Shown here piece by piece: positions 1 to 17,799 of a stretch of DNA of 64,000 nucleotides. The notes beneath the pieces were generated by a model. That model ran no database searches and was not told where the DNA came from. It saw nothing but the letters and a program-made list of their open reading frames with translations. How positions within the stretch are numbered: position 1 is the first letter of the stretch; each line of letters opens with the position of its first letter. The position numbers were made by a program, and so were the translations under genes. This stretch comes from the human T2T-CHM13v2.0 reference genome, Homo sapiens: the NCBI RefSeq assembly GCF_009914755.1, contig NC_060925.1. One strand, 5' to 3'.

Positions 1-365
1 TAACAGTCTGAGGATTAACATATTTGTTAAATGCACAAATACATTCTTTCACAAATATTAGTTTAATTATTTTATATTAAACTCCCTCTATACTTACAAT
101 ATGAATTAGATAATTCAGAATAAACATTCCATTGGAAAAAGCTACAGAATTTGTTATAAAACATCCTTAAAAGCATCAGAAAGTTAATACAGCAATGAAG
201 AATTACAGTACCAAATTAAGAATGGTATGAAAGCCTGTTTGTGACGCTTATGTTTGGGTTATCCCTTTACTTGAGTGACTATAAATCTCAAAAGAGAACT
301 AAAGGGAGAAATAACCGTATCTACTAACATGCTAAGGGTACTTAAACATCTCTTAGTAATTGAGA

Positions 366-512
366 AAATTGAAAGAAAAGAAAAAAGAGAAAGGGAGAAA
401 GAGAAACAGCGAAAGGGATAATGAAGGAGATAGAAGAGAAAGGAAGAGGAAGAAAAGTAAAAAGGAGGAGGAGGGGGAAGGAGGAAGGAAGAAAGGTGAA
501 AAGAAAGAATGG
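366..512. repeat. GA-rich low-complexity tract
   Basis: Almost pure purine run (gaaaagaaaaaagagaaagggag...). Confidence 0.8.
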
Positions 513-519
513 TAAACTT

Positions 520-2075
520 TTTAACAACATAATTTATCCTTCCAGAATATGAATGTTGGTCTATTTGATGATTTCCCACAGATTCATTAGTCTCTGCTCA
601 TTGTTTATTTTTTATTCTTTCTGTTTCTCAGAGTCAGTATTTTCCATTTTCTTCTCTTCAAGTTCATGGCTTCTTCTGTGTGTGCAAATATACTCTTAAA
701 TCCCTCTGGTGATTTTTAAATTTTTATCACTGTAGTTTTCCACTCCAGAATTTCTGTTATCTCTTTGCTGATATTCCTACTTTTTAATATTTTTTCTGAT
801 TCCTTTATTTCTTTCTTTATGTTTTCCTTTTGACATTTGAGTATAACGAAGAGAGTTGTTTTAAAGTCTTTGTCTGGTAAGTTTGATGTCTGGGTTTCCT
901 TAGGGATATTTTCTGTCAATTTATTTTGGTCCTTTGAATGAGCCACACTTTCCCATTCTTTGTATGCCTTGTAACGTTTTTTGAAAACTGGACATTCTAA
1001 TAATTATAATTACCATGTGGTTACTCGGTAAATCAGACCCCCCCCCCTACAAACACAGTAACGTTTTGTGGTTTTAAATTTTCTTTACTTATTATATGGT
1101 TAAGGATTTTTTTTTTTAGTGAAATTTTCCAAAGTGATTTACAAAACTGTTTGGTTTATAAGGTGTGGTCACCGAAGTCTTTTTGTTTCCTTAACAAATG
1201 TTAAGCTAATGTTTTGACAGTGATGTTCTGGTATGTCAGGAACCAATCAAACAGGCAAATACAAGAAAAACAAAAAGAAAAACAAGTAATCATTGTCCAG
1301 CAAAATATGTCTCTAGGCCATGCAGACTGGCTTTGTGCTGGGTTCTTTAAAGCCGGCACAAAGTGTGTGTTCACTCTTGCACTGAGTGAAGTTCAATTTC
1401 ACTCTTGCACAGAGCTTGCACTGAGGGGAGGGATCGGCCAAGGTAAAAGTGTAGGGTCTTCTTATGACATTTGTCAGCATGTGGCTTAACCTATGAATAC
1501 ATGTGACTTTGTAGACTCTCCCATGTACGTGAATGATTTTGTATATCTTAGTTTTTGAAATACTGTTCCCCAACTTTTCTTGCTGTGCTGAAGGTGATCT
1601 ACTATATGCGTAAACTTTAATTTTTGGCCTAAGCATCTGTGGTTTGTTAGGTCTCCTTGCAGAGTTTCTTAATAATGTCCATTCCTTATCTGTTCTGTAT
1701 TCTAGCAACACAGAAAAAAAAAAAGCCTTTCAGGAGTTCTTTAGGTATCCCCCAGACCAGTCAGAACAGACACATCATAATTTGCGGGTAAGATCTTCTC
1801 TTGTTCCTTTGGACCATGGACCAGGCTTCCTCACTGGGAACGTGGGCTTCTGACCCTTCAGAACTGCCAATTTGCTGGGGCAAAGGCAAGTTAAAAATGT
1901 CGTAAAGTTTTCCAGTTGTCTTTTTCTTGAGTCTGCTTTCACTTGGTTGTTGTAATCTTTTGACCATTTTCCAGAGTTTTGGCGAAGTTTATTCGGACAG
2001 TTTCTCTTAGTTGTGTGATGTTTCTGTGGGGAAATGAAAGATTGCAGCTGTCTCCACTGCCATTTTGCTGATGCT
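520..2075 (-). mobile_element. Old L1M (L1MC/M4-like) 5' region and ORF1 remnant
   Basis: ORF 716..946(-) resembles the degenerate N-terminus of an ancient L1 ORF1 (LPDKDFKTT...EILEWKTTV). T-rich antisense L1 composition. Edges approximate. Confidence 0.6.
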
Positions 2076-2125
2076 CCTCTTTTGTCAATTTTTGCTTCAT
2101 GTTATTATGCTTTGTTATTAGTTCA

Positions 2126-2550
2126 TGTATTAGTTTTCTAGGGCTGCCATAACCAAGTAACACAAACTGGGTGTCTTGGACAACATACATTTATAGTCTT
2201 ATAGTCTTATACTCCTGGAAGCTAAAAGTCTGCGATTGAGGTGTCAGCAGGGATGGTCCCTTCAAGGGCTATGAGAGAAAGCCTGCTCTGTGCCTTGTTT
2301 CTCACTTCTGGTGGTTTAGTGGCAGTCTTTGGCATTCCTTGGCTAATCTCTGTCCTCAAAATCACATGGTACTCTCTCTGTGTGTATGTCTCCCCCTACT
2401 CAAATTTCTTCTTTTAACAAGGACATCAGTCATATTGAATTCAGGCTCATCTGATTGTATCTTAACTTGATCAGCTGCAAAGAACTTATTTCCTAATGAG
2501 GTCATATTCAGTGGTTAGAATTTCAGCATCTATATAGAGGAAACAATTTA
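2126..2550 (-). mobile_element. MLT1 (MLT1C-like) MaLR LTR
   Basis: Starts tgtattagttttctagggctgccataac...cacaaactggg, the reverse complement of an MLT1 3' end. Confidence 0.7.
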
Positions 2551-2579
2551 GCTCCTATCCGTGCATGCATGATTGTAAT

Positions 2580-4470
<1,891 letters not shown>

Positions 4471-5334
4471 AAAAACAAAAAGAGAAAATAGCCTTACTCT
4501 ATACATAATAAACTCAAGATATGTTACAAATTTATATGTGAAATCCAAAATACTATAATATTTAAGGAATAGCTAAGTAGAATAACACTGAAATTTAACA
4601 TAATGAAACATTTCCTTAGAAAAGAGAAAAGCACAGTAATTAAAAAGGGAAATATATTTAATATTTTTTCTCTCCATTAAGCATGCCATTAACTGAGTAA
4701 AAAATCAAGCTGCAATTATGTAAACTACCTTTTCTAAAACCATAAAGAAAAGAAGAAATAAAAAGGTATTTGGGGAAAAAATCCAAAGGTACAGTCAACT
4801 ACACAAAAAAATCTTAGTCTCATTAATCATTAGGAAAATGCAAATGGTAACTGAAAGAAGATAAAACTACAATTCAAAGAGAAAGCCTAAAATTTCAACC
4901 CCCAAAAAGTCTGGGTTTTGGAGATCTGGGATGGAATAGGGTTCAAAACCTGACAACAATGAAAGACCCAAACTAACTTCAAAGTCATGACTTTATTTTT
5001 ATAGCAACGAGGTTGCCAAGATCTGAGTGAAAATGTGAGGGAAAACAAGCACCTGCAAGGAGAAAGAGGACGGATGCACTTACATAGGACAGATGCAAAT
5101 AGGCACCACCATGACAAGTAAAGCTGGAATAATCAATAAATTCCTAAAGACAAAGTGGGGCTGGTGAGATTGGGAGACCACTGACAGCTGCAGAAGTTGG
5201 GAAAGATCCATCATCTTGAAAACTTTTTCCCCACAAACCCACTGCGATCTCTCAAGCAATTGGTAAGGAATCCAAGAGAGTCTGTATATGACACAGATCA
5301 GGGAGAGCAGAACACTTGGGAGGTGACCAGGTCT

Positions 5335-5595
5335 TGGGGGCCGAGCCCTTATGAATGGGATTAGTGCCTTTATAAAAGAAGCTCAATGGAGTTCTTGTGT
5401 GCCTTCCACTATGTGAGGACATAGAAAGCAGGCACCATCTATGAACCATGAAATGAGCTCTTATCAACACTGAATTTGTGAGCATCTTCACCTGAGATCG
5501 TACAGCCTCAAGAAGTGTGAAAAAAGAAATATCTGTTGTTTTTTAGTCACCCGGTTTATGTTATTTTGTTATAAGAGTCCAAATAGAGCAAGATA
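5335..5595 (+). mobile_element. MLT1A-like LTR fragment
   Basis: atgaatgggattagtgcctttataaaag...gtcacccggtttatgttattttgttata. Confidence 0.7.
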
Positions 5596-5829
5596 TTCCA
5601 CTTAATATGTAGGGGAAGGCAACAAAAACTGCCACACTTAGGATCCTCCTGATGCTGGGAGTATGAAAACAGGAAAAACAAAACAAAACTGCTCTTGAAG
5701 GTGAAGGAGGAATATCACTGAGCTCACCAACACAGCCAGGAAAAGAACAGAAGTGTGAGAAGGCTACATTCCTGAGACCCTGAGAAAAAGTACCTGCATA
5801 AGACTGAGATGAAATTACCTACTCTAGTT

Positions 5830-6500
5830 ACGAATGAAATCCCAAAAAGAAAAGAGGGAAAAATAATGGAGCAAAAGAAATATTTTTCAAAATACCTGCC
5901 AAAAATATTCTAAAAGAAGTGACAGAGAATCAAACTTCAAATATAGGAAACTCAGAGAATGTCAAATAGAACAAAAAGAAATAAGAATTACATCTTGAAA
6001 GATCGTTAAAAAATCAAGTCTAAATTCTATATCTTGCTCCAAATATATAGAGATATAAAGAGGTTATCATCAAGATATGGAGAAAGCCATATCATGGAAA
6101 CACTAAAATAAGGCTGTGGAAGGACTACATTGATATTAGACACAACAGAGTTTGGAACAAGAAATAGTATCAGAGATGAGAGATAATAGATAATACAATC
6201 ATCAATTCTCAAGAAGATGTAAACATCCTACTAATTAGGGTATGCAGCTAACAACAGAACCTCCAAATACATGAGGTAAAACAGGAAAGAATTCAAAGGT
6301 GAACTAGAAAAAATCAAAATTATATTTGCAGACTTCAACACTTTTGTCTTAGTAATGGAAAGACTAGGCACAAACTCAGTAATCATGTGGAAGTTAAGAA
6401 CAATATCACCAACAAGACATCCAATCTTCAATGGCAGATACTCTTTCCTTTCAAGTGAAAAAAAAACAGTATGGCATATTCTCTAACAAACCCAGAATTT
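5830..6500 (+). mobile_element. Old L1M ORF1 end / ORF2 endonuclease remnant
   Basis: ggaaactcagagaatg and tatgcagctaacaacagaacctccaaatacatgagg...gacttcaacac are degenerate L1 ORF1 and EN motifs. Confidence 0.6.
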
Positions 6501-6506
6501 ATAACA

Positions 6507-7182
6507 TTTGCGTTCTTCCTAACTTCTTTCCATCTTCCTTTCTCTTCTCTTTCCTTCCCTTGCCTTCTTCCTTCCTTTCTTCTTTTCCTCTTCCTTTTCT
6601 TTTCTTTTTTCTTTTCTTTCTTTTCTTTTTTTTTCTCCTTCCTTCCTTCTTTCATTCTTTGTTTCTTTCCTCTTATTCTTCCTTCCCTAATCCCTCCCTT
6701 CCTTTCTCCCTCCCTTTTCTTCCTTCTTTTCTCATATTCTTTCTTTCTTTCTCATGTTCTTGCTTTCTTTCCTTTTTTCTTCCATCCTCCCGCCCTCCAT
6801 TCCTTCCTTCCTCCCTCCCTTCCTTTCCTCTTTTTCTTTCCTTCCTTCGCCTGTTTATTTTCTTTGTTTCTTTGCCTTCCTCCCTTTTACCATTCTCTCT
6901 TCCTCCTTTCCTTCCTCCCTTCCTTTCTTTCTTTCTTTCTCTCTTTCTTTCTCTTTCTTTCTTTCTTTTTCTTTCTTTCTTTCTATCTTTCTTTCTTTCT
7001 TTCCTTCCTTCTTTCTTTCTCGTGTTCATGTTTTCTGTTTTCTCCCTTCCTGCCTTTCTCCCTTCCTCCCATCCTCCCTTCCTTCCCTCATTTCCTCTTT
7101 CTTTTCTTCTTTCTTTATTTCCTTCCTTCCTTCTTTCCTTCCTTCTTTTTCTTTCTTTGTTTTCTTTTCTTTCTTTCTCTTT
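6507..7182. repeat. About 680 bp polypyrimidine (CT/TTCC/TTTC) low-complexity tract
   Basis: Directly visible. Source of the F/S/L/P-rich and K/E/R-rich pseudo-ORFs. Confidence 0.95.
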
Positions 7183-7272
7183 ACTACAATTAATATTATT
7201 TTAAAAAAATTAAGAGAGGGAGACAGAAAAATATAGAACGCTTTAATCTGCAGGTAAACAGATTTTGTCTGC

Positions 7273-8090
<818 letters not shown>

Positions 8091-9077
8091 ATTTTGTAAT
8101 TGTATCATGAAAATGAGAACCATAATTTACAACTGCTTTTAATACTGCACTTGGATGTTTGAAATCACGTACATGGAAATGATCTCTATGTGCATGAGGG
8201 AGGATAGCAAATTGATGCCAAAATAATGCAAATGCAAATCTTACATTCATTTCTATGTAGGTTTCATTTAATCTTTGAAATTAAAATGAAATTAAAAGAT
8301 TGTGATCTTTTGATGAAAGTAGACTAAAATGAACAATAACAAAATAAGAACTTACTTATATTCTTCATATGGTCAATAAAGAAGTGATAGTGGAAAAAAA
8401 CAAGATCAAATGAACGTGATGATGTAGGAAGTTGGAAAGATAGCTGAAACTACAAAATGGTATATAGCCAGTGAACAATTAGACACACTGATTGATGAAC
8501 TTCAGCTTTTGGCTTGGTGAGAGCATAAAATGAGAGCAGCTGAGGTTTGCCAATTTGTAATCTCCTTGTGGAAAAACAGGGGAAAACACATCTCAGCCTA
8601 ATAAGATTTATCTACTAAAGAGTCTAGACTTGATCCATTTGTCCTTGTAATTCAAAAGCTAATTCAAATACTGATTTGATGTGTTGTGTGAACAACCATT
8701 GCTGATTATCATCGCATACCTGGCATTCTCTTGTATCTGATATCTAAAATATTTGGTAATTCCTGGACTTTCTCTTTTCAAACCCAGGACGGTTTAATTT
8801 GAGTCTTAGAACAGTTGTCTTTGAGAAATTCTTCCCTCTACTGCACCTGTGAATGGGTATAGCATGGTTACATACATACTGTCACTCCATAGAACATTTG
8901 TTAAATTAAAGCCAAAGTTTAAAGCAAGAGCTTTAACTTACAGGTTTTACTAATGTTTTCCTCCCCAATAGCCACAACAATATTGATACCCTCACACCTT
9001 TTAACATAAAGCTTGGTGTTGTCTATTTTTCAGGTGCTGTCATCTATATGATTTCAGTATTTTAAAAATCAGCTTCC

Positions 9078-10502
<1,425 letters not shown>

Positions 10503-11675
10503 TCAGCTCTCATTGATTTCTATGTAAATATGCCCAGGTGATGTCCATATAGACATAAATAATAATATTTCTGACAATGGGTCCATATGATCTTCAAAAT
10601 GTAAAATGCCTATCTGTGTAATTGACTGGTTACTCTCATTAATGAATATAGATTCAATTCCACTTTCTTGTTCTAAATAGATTATATAATCTAGCTTTTC
10701 ATTTCACTTATTTACTGATAACAACAGGAAGAATGACAAGATATCTATTTTGCAAAATTACTCTGGTAGGAGTAAAGATGAAATAATGACAGAATTGCAC
10801 GGAAACCTAGAAAAAAGTATGGTCTTCTGATATTCTATCACATCACATGCTAAAGGCCTCATAAAGCTCAGATATTTTATCTAAAAATGTTATTTTCATC
10901 ATAGGAATGATCAAAGCATGAGACCACAATTGCATTAAAATGTGCTTGTATCACAAGCACAGGTGCTAAAAAGGAGGGGAAAACATCCTTACTGATATTT
11001 TCAATGTATGCTTTACTTTTCTTCAACATGAAACTCAACTTGATATGATGCAGATTGAAGGAAATCACCCATAATTCCATAGGAAGAAGGCCTGTGATAT
11101 TTTATGGGAAAATAAATAGAGAAAATGCTAACAGAAACCCTGTTAAGCATGAAGCTTTATGGAGCAAACAGAAATCCAGTGGTGAAACACACTCGAGTTC
11201 TGTTTGTTGTCTTGGAACAATACGGTTTAGAGGTGACTGGCGGGTGAGAAGAATGTATGCGAGTTCACCAAAGAGAAAAGCTGAATGAGGCAATGCCTCT
11301 TCCTGACCATATTTCTTACTCAGATAACTATACAATTTATTGTCCAGTAAAGGGTATATTAAAAATCATATTAAAAGTCATGCAGTGAAGTTGTCCAGGG
11401 AAATCAAGACTTAACAGTCTTACTCTGACAATAATGAACAGGGGGATTCCCTCAAGATAGACTAGGACATGACCCCACATTGGCAGGTAGTAGTACCAGA
11501 AAAGAACGCATGGAAAATCTTTACCTTATGCTTGAGGTAGGGACCAGGCTAAAGTGAAAGCCAGAACTAAAATTCTATCTAAAATAAATCCACAATCGAA
11601 GAAAATATGTGGTGTACAGGCATAGAATGTCTTTACTGTATCATTGAAATAGTAAGATAAATTCAACTTTTTACA

Positions 11676-12780
11676 TTGTTTTCTTTTCCTCCAGTTAGGG
11701 CTTCATGTTTGTCTCTGGAGAGTGACCGACAATTGCAGCCCTGCCTTTCTGGGGTTCTGGTCAGGGGGTTGTGGATGCTTAACATGTGCCTTTCACAGGA
11801 CACTTCCTTACCCCAGCAGTGGCCAGGTGTGCATCCCACGACCAGGCCTCCCTCTCACAGAACATCTGTTGAGACTAGGAGATGCCTGGTGACTGTTGCC
11901 TGACCTGTGTCCTGTGTATTGCTGACAAGAGCCACTCTCAGAGACCCTGGCCAGGAGGAGAGTTAGGTTCCAGTGTAGGTCAGCTCAGACACATGGAGGC
12001 CACACAACCAAACATGGGAAATCACAGAAGTAGGTTTATTACTCACAGATCCAGAGAGAAGAGGGTAGCTGAGAAGAGGGTTTAGCTGTGTCCCCAGCCA
12101 AATCTCATCTTGAATTCCCACATGTTGTGGGAGGGAACAGCTGGGAGGTAATTGAATCACGAGGGCAGGTCTTTCCCATGCTGTTCTTCTGATAGTGAAT
12201 AAGTCTCACAAGATCTGATGGTTTTATAAAGGCGAGTTTCCTGCACAAGCTCTCTTGTCTTGTCTGCTGCCAGGTGAGATGTGCCTTTCGGCTTGTGCCA
12301 TGATTGTGAGGCCTACCCAGCCATGTGGAACTGTGCATCTATTAAACCTCTTTCTTCTGGAAATTACCCAGTCTTGGGCATGTCTTTACCGGAGGGGTGA
12401 AAATGGACTAATACAGTAGCACACCTCATAGGGCTGAACAAATTGGGGAAGATGAGTGGGGAGCAGGAGAGAGAAAAGGGGTCTGTGGGACTCCAGCCTT
12501 TATTGGGCCCAGAACATTATCCAAATAAGTTTTCCACGCTGGCACTAGTCGGTGGGGTGAGTGCCAGCAGGCACATTTCTTGACTCCTGCTGCAATCAAG
12601 CAGGTCACTCTGGTGTGTGGAGGCTGTCCATGTGCACTGTGAGGTCTGTGGGGTGAGTCAGGTAGGTTGTATCCAACGGTTCCATAGCTGGTAGTCACCA
12701 GGAGGAGGCAACTGTATAGGGTCAATATCTGGGCCAGCCACACTGAGGAACTGTGAGGGTTAGAACTGGAAATTGTCAAG
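11676..12780 (-). mobile_element. Probable ERVL-class LTR hosting a THE1 insertion
   Basis: LTR-like GC content, gagtaataaacc polyA signal and a ...aaaaca end. Family not securely recognised. Confidence 0.4.
12070..12415 (+). mobile_element. THE1 (THE1C-like) solo LTR
   Basis: TGA...ctgtgtcccca.ccaaatctcatcttgaattccc...ggactaataCA, with a perfect 5 bp TSD GTAGC at 12065-69 and 12416-20. Confidence 0.9.
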
Positions 12781-13947
12781 GGAATCCGAACCCAGCTACC
12801 ATATGAGAGAGTTCAACTTATGTTCAATGTGAATGCCATGGCAATATTAAAAGGTAAGAATTCGCTCCATACGTGCTTGAGGTAAATAGGAGAAACCTAG
12901 AATTTATGTAAACAGTGAGAAGATTGGATGCGTTTTATGTCACACATTTTAATACTAGCAGCTTATTATATATGTCAATCCATCAGGCATTCAGAAATAC
13001 ATGCTTATGAAAATTTTTTGCACCATCAGACAAAAGACAAGGGTAGAAGATAACCTGCTCAAACTTTCTCACACAGAGAAATGTTTGTTAAGTAATTAAA
13101 GTGTAGATGATGATACAAAGAGCTTGATTAAATAAGATGCCAAAGTACCCTTGTGATTCAGAATACAAATGGTACTTAATGCCTTTGAAATCAATAATTG
13201 CTGAGTGACATTAATTAATGCCAATATTTCAGAAGTTGTTCTGGTTAGTGAAATGTGTACAACATGTAAAAATTTCCGAACTCTGAAGGGCAACATTATT
13301 CTATAATTAAGAATTAAGAATTAATTCACATTAATTATTGGGGAGAAATAATTTTAAGGATTAATGACTGAGAAAACATTTTTATTTTTTATTTAGAAAA
13401 TTATTTTGTGCATGAGCATCACTGCCAGTTTTTCAAGAAACATAAATTTATAGAAACAATTATGTGCACAAGATGAATTTAATAACATCTTGATATTTTC
13501 CACTATTACAGTTGTATTTGGTAAATCTTTAAATTCCCATCATCTAAAGGTCATAAATGAATCTTGGAAATCTTGTAGGTAAGGGTAAATATAAGGATGC
13601 ATCCAATTACATTTACACACACATACAATTACATTTACACAAACATACATGCCCACACGCTCACTGATACAGTTATGCATATATATACATGAATTTACCA
13701 ATTGATTTTAACTAATATTTATAAGAGCCTGTAGGATTGATATATATTGTTGAACCTGAAAAATATTTATTATATACATGTTTAAAATACACAAAGAAAT
13801 AAATAGTAATTGCACTAGGCATTTGAAACTGTACTAAAATATAAGCTGTGATCATTACAAATTCTTACACTGAATAAATATTTTTATTTTTGTAATAATA
13901 TGTTTGATACATGTGTACATTTTTTTAAATGTATTATTTTTGTCATA

Positions 13948-14285
13948 GAGTCATGTCATGCATAATAATATTTCAGTCAGAGATGGATTATATATACAAA
14001 AGTGGTCCCATGATATTATAATACATATTTTTACATGCTTTTCTATGTTTAAGTATGTTTACATACATAAACTCTTACCACTCTGTTCTTATTGCCTGCA
14101 GTAATCAGTATAGTAATGTAGTACACAGGTTTGTAGCCTAGGAGAGGTTATACCGTATAACCTAAACGTGGTAGGCTGTACAAACTAGGTGTTTGTAATA
14201 TTCTCTCTGACGTTTGCAAAATGATGAAATTGCCTATGGATGCATCTGTTAGAACGTATCCCTGTCATTCAGTGATGCGTGACTG
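13948..14285 (+). mobile_element. Tigger3a-like (TcMar-Tigger) non-autonomous DNA transposon
   Basis: TA-(c/g)agtcatg...gtggtcccat...tttgtagcctaggag...gatgcgtgactg, with terminal inverted ends. Confidence 0.75.
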
Positions 14286-14849
14286 TGCTAAAATGCTAAA
14301 TCTAAGTTTCAATGACCTCCATAAAATTGTTGTACTGTGAAATACAAATCTCTCACCTACGGCCTGAATATGTTTGCAAACTAAGCATATCATGGGAAGG
14401 AGAATGTGCTGGCATCGCTGGGATGATTTTCTCACACTACATGAATAATATGTCCAGACTTTGCGAATATGAGCCACTTGTATAGAGTTAAAGTAAGCAT
14501 CTCTTTGCTGGGAATTTTATCAAATGGGAGTATGAAGTGTTTTTAAAAGATACTTGTTTGTTTGTAGACGGTAGGCCTACAGTGGCTCATGGCAATGGTT
14601 GAGGTTGCTAAGATTTGGTGGAAGAAGGCAAAATGAAATGGCCACTTATATGGTATATGGATCACTTGTTTCTGTTGAGTTACAGATTCAGCTGGCTATT
14701 TCTCCCAATGTTAGTTATTTGGAGAAAAGAAACATGATAGTAATTTTGGGGTAACAAATACAATATTTGATGAAAGCAAATTTATTGAGGGTTAGACAAA
14801 CTACAAGATAATTTAGGCTGCAAAGTCAACACGATACTTCTGGCCCAAA

Positions 14850-15190
14850 TTGTGCAGAGTTTGGGTCCAGCTGCAAAGTTCAAAGGAAGAGGCCATATAA
14901 GATGATTCGCAATTTTGTCACCAACTGCCAGTTCAGGGGTTTCCCCAGAACACCCTCAATTTCAAGAATTTACTAAAAAGACTCACAGAACTCATTGAAT
15001 GCCATTGTACTCATGGTTTATAATAGAGAAAGGGTAGAAATTAGGACCAATCAAAGGAAGAGACATATCACGTAAGGTGGAATCTAGGAGGATTTTGAAT
15101 GTTAAGTTTCCGTTGTCTTCAGGACATATTACCTGTCATTGTTGTACAACAATAAACATGGAGTACTACCAACCTGGGGAGCTCACCTGA
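14850..15190. mobile_element. MER77/MER21-like ERVL LTR fragment
   Basis: ggggtttccccagaacaccctca...aagactcacagaactcattgaa...tactcatggttta. Confidence 0.55.
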
Positions 15191-15199
15191 TGCTAAAAA

Positions 15200-17765
15200 G
15201 ACACTATTTAGAGAATGAAAAGACAAAGGAAAGGAGGAGATAAGATGACCTTCCACATTAAGGCACTGGAAAGAATAGAAAACTAAACCTAAAGCAAGCA
15301 GAAGGAAGAAAATAAAAATTAGAGAAATTAATAATTTATAATATTAATCATATTTGTTAGTGTTTACTAGTTGATATTAATTATTGACTGACTTTTTTTA
15401 AAAAGAGAAATATTCACTTCCCAATTTATTCTGTGGGGCCAGTGTTACCTTGATACAAATATTAGTCCAAATAGCATAGAAAAATAAAACTACTCTAAGT
15501 ATAAATGCAAAATTCCTTAAAAAATACTAACAAATCAGATCTAGCAACATATAAAAGAATTACACACTATGACAAAGTGAAATTCATACTAGTAATCTCA
15601 GGTTGGTTTAACAGCCCAAAATCCATTACGGTAATACATCTTATCCATAGAATAAGAAACAAGAATTGCATGATCATGTCGATAGATTTGGAAAAGACAT
15701 TTAACAAAATCCAAATGCTTTAATGATTAAAAATAAAAACTCAATGAACTAGGAATAGAGAAATTTCTACACCAGATATATGGCACCTGTGAAAAGCCAA
15801 CAGCGAGCATGCAACTTAATGGTAAAGGATGCCTTCCCGCTATGGTCAGAGATAAGAACAGGATAAATACTTTGACCTCTTCTAGTCAACACTGCACTAA
15901 AGATTTTACGCAGGGAAAATCGGCAACTAAAAAAAAAGAGTCACCCATATTGAACAGGAAGAAATAAAACTGTATTGGAAAATAATATTCTTGTATATAG
16001 AAAATTTTAAGGAACCCATTGAACGATAGAACTAGTAAATTATTTCAGCAATATTACAGCATACAAGATAAATGTACAAAAATCAATTACACATATCTAC
16101 AATGAAAACCCCAAAATGAAATTAAGAAAACACTTCAATTTAAAATAGCATCAAAAAAAGAAATAATAATTAATTTGGAAAATGTGATACAAGATTTTAC
16201 TCTGAAAATTAAAAATTATTGTTTAAAGAATGTCTAAGTAATTAGCAAACATCTTCCACCCATGAATTGGAAGATTTAATATTGTAGTACTTTACAAGGT
16301 GAACTACAGATTTGACGTAATCCCTGCAAGTATCCCAACAGACTTCTGTCTAGAAACTGACAAGCTGATTCTAAAATACACACGGGATGGTAAGAGAATC
16401 AAAATAGCCAAAATAGTCTTGATAAAAGAAAACATACTAGGATAATTCACACCCCCGTGCTCCAAACCTTATGGCAAAGCATCGGTAATCAAGACAACAC
16501 AATACTGATGAAGGAAAATTATATAGATTGATGGAAGAGAATTGAGAGTCCATATATAAAACTATGTATCTATAGTCAATGGATTCTTAAAGTGGTGCCA
16601 TGTGCAATTCAATGAGGAAGAGACAGTCTTTGAACACACTGGGTCAACAATGTACACGTGGATCGCCACTTGCAAAATAGTAAATTGGAACCCTTACCCC
16701 AAAGCGTACAAAAATATTAACTCAAATGAATTAAAGACATACATGCAAGAGCTAGAATAAAGTATATGCGAAAATCTTCAGGGTTTTGGATCTAGCAAAG
16801 AAATGGCTGTAACACCAAAAACATGAGCAACAAAATAAAAATTAGATATTTAAAATTTCTTAAAATTTAAAGACATTGGTGTTTCAAAGGACAACCAAGC
16901 AAGTCAAAAGGCAGCTCAAAAATTGTGAGAAGATATTTGAGAAACACATATCTATATGTCTGCTTATATATGTATCTTGAATATAGAAAAATTGTTTTAA
17001 CTCAGTAACAAAAATCCCAACTCAAAACTGATAAACGATAGAAATAGTTGTGTATCCCAAGAAGATACACGAACGGTCAATAATCCCATAAAAAGATACT
17101 CAACAGCATCACTCATCAGGCAACTACAAATCAAAACCACAGTTAGATAGTCTATGGATAGAACTGGCCACTTTGGAAAATAGGTTGATGGCTTCTAAAT
17201 ATATGAAACAGAATTGTCATATGACCCAGAAATTTATTCCCAGATATACCCCCAGAGTATTGGAAAGAGGTGTTCAAACACAAATTGTACACAAGTATTT
17301 TAACAGCAGTATTTAAATTAGCCAAAGGCTGAACACAACTCAAATGTCAACAAAATATTATTGGATAAACAAAATGTTATATCCATGAAATTGAGTGTTA
17401 TACAGTTATAAAAAGAAATAAAGTACCAATACGCATGTGAACCTTGATAGCATTATGCCAACTGAAAGAAGCCAGGCACAAAAGGCCACCTATTGTATGA
17501 TTCTATTTAGATGAAAATAGAATAGGAAGATCTACAGAGACAAAAAACTGATTTGTTGTTGCTTAGGATTGAGTAGGGGATGAGTGCATAGGAGGTTAAC
17601 AGCTAGAGAAGCTGGGGTTTCTTTTTGAAGTGATGAAAATGCTCTAAAATTCATTGTGATGATGGCTCCACTTATCTGTGTATATACTAAAAGCCATTGA
17701 CTTGTAGACATTACTATGTGCACTCTACAGTATGTAAATTATATCTCAATAAATCCTTTCAAAAA
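15200..17765 (+). mobile_element. Old L1MB ORF2 and 3' end
   Basis: ORF 15505..15723 is a degenerate L1 RT segment (GWFN...SIDLEKTFNKIQ). The end is L1MB-type (gaaagaagccaggcacaaaaggcc...aattatatctcaataaa). Confidence 0.8.
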
Positions 17766-17799
17766 TACACAGAAGACTAAGGGGTTTTGGACTGTTGCA

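Noticed and set aside
11676-12779. ORFs with identical or near-identical translations in both arms, suggesting conserved small genes
   Set aside because: All overlapping frames are equally conserved because the DNA is identical. They lie in LTR sequence and show no recognisable domain.
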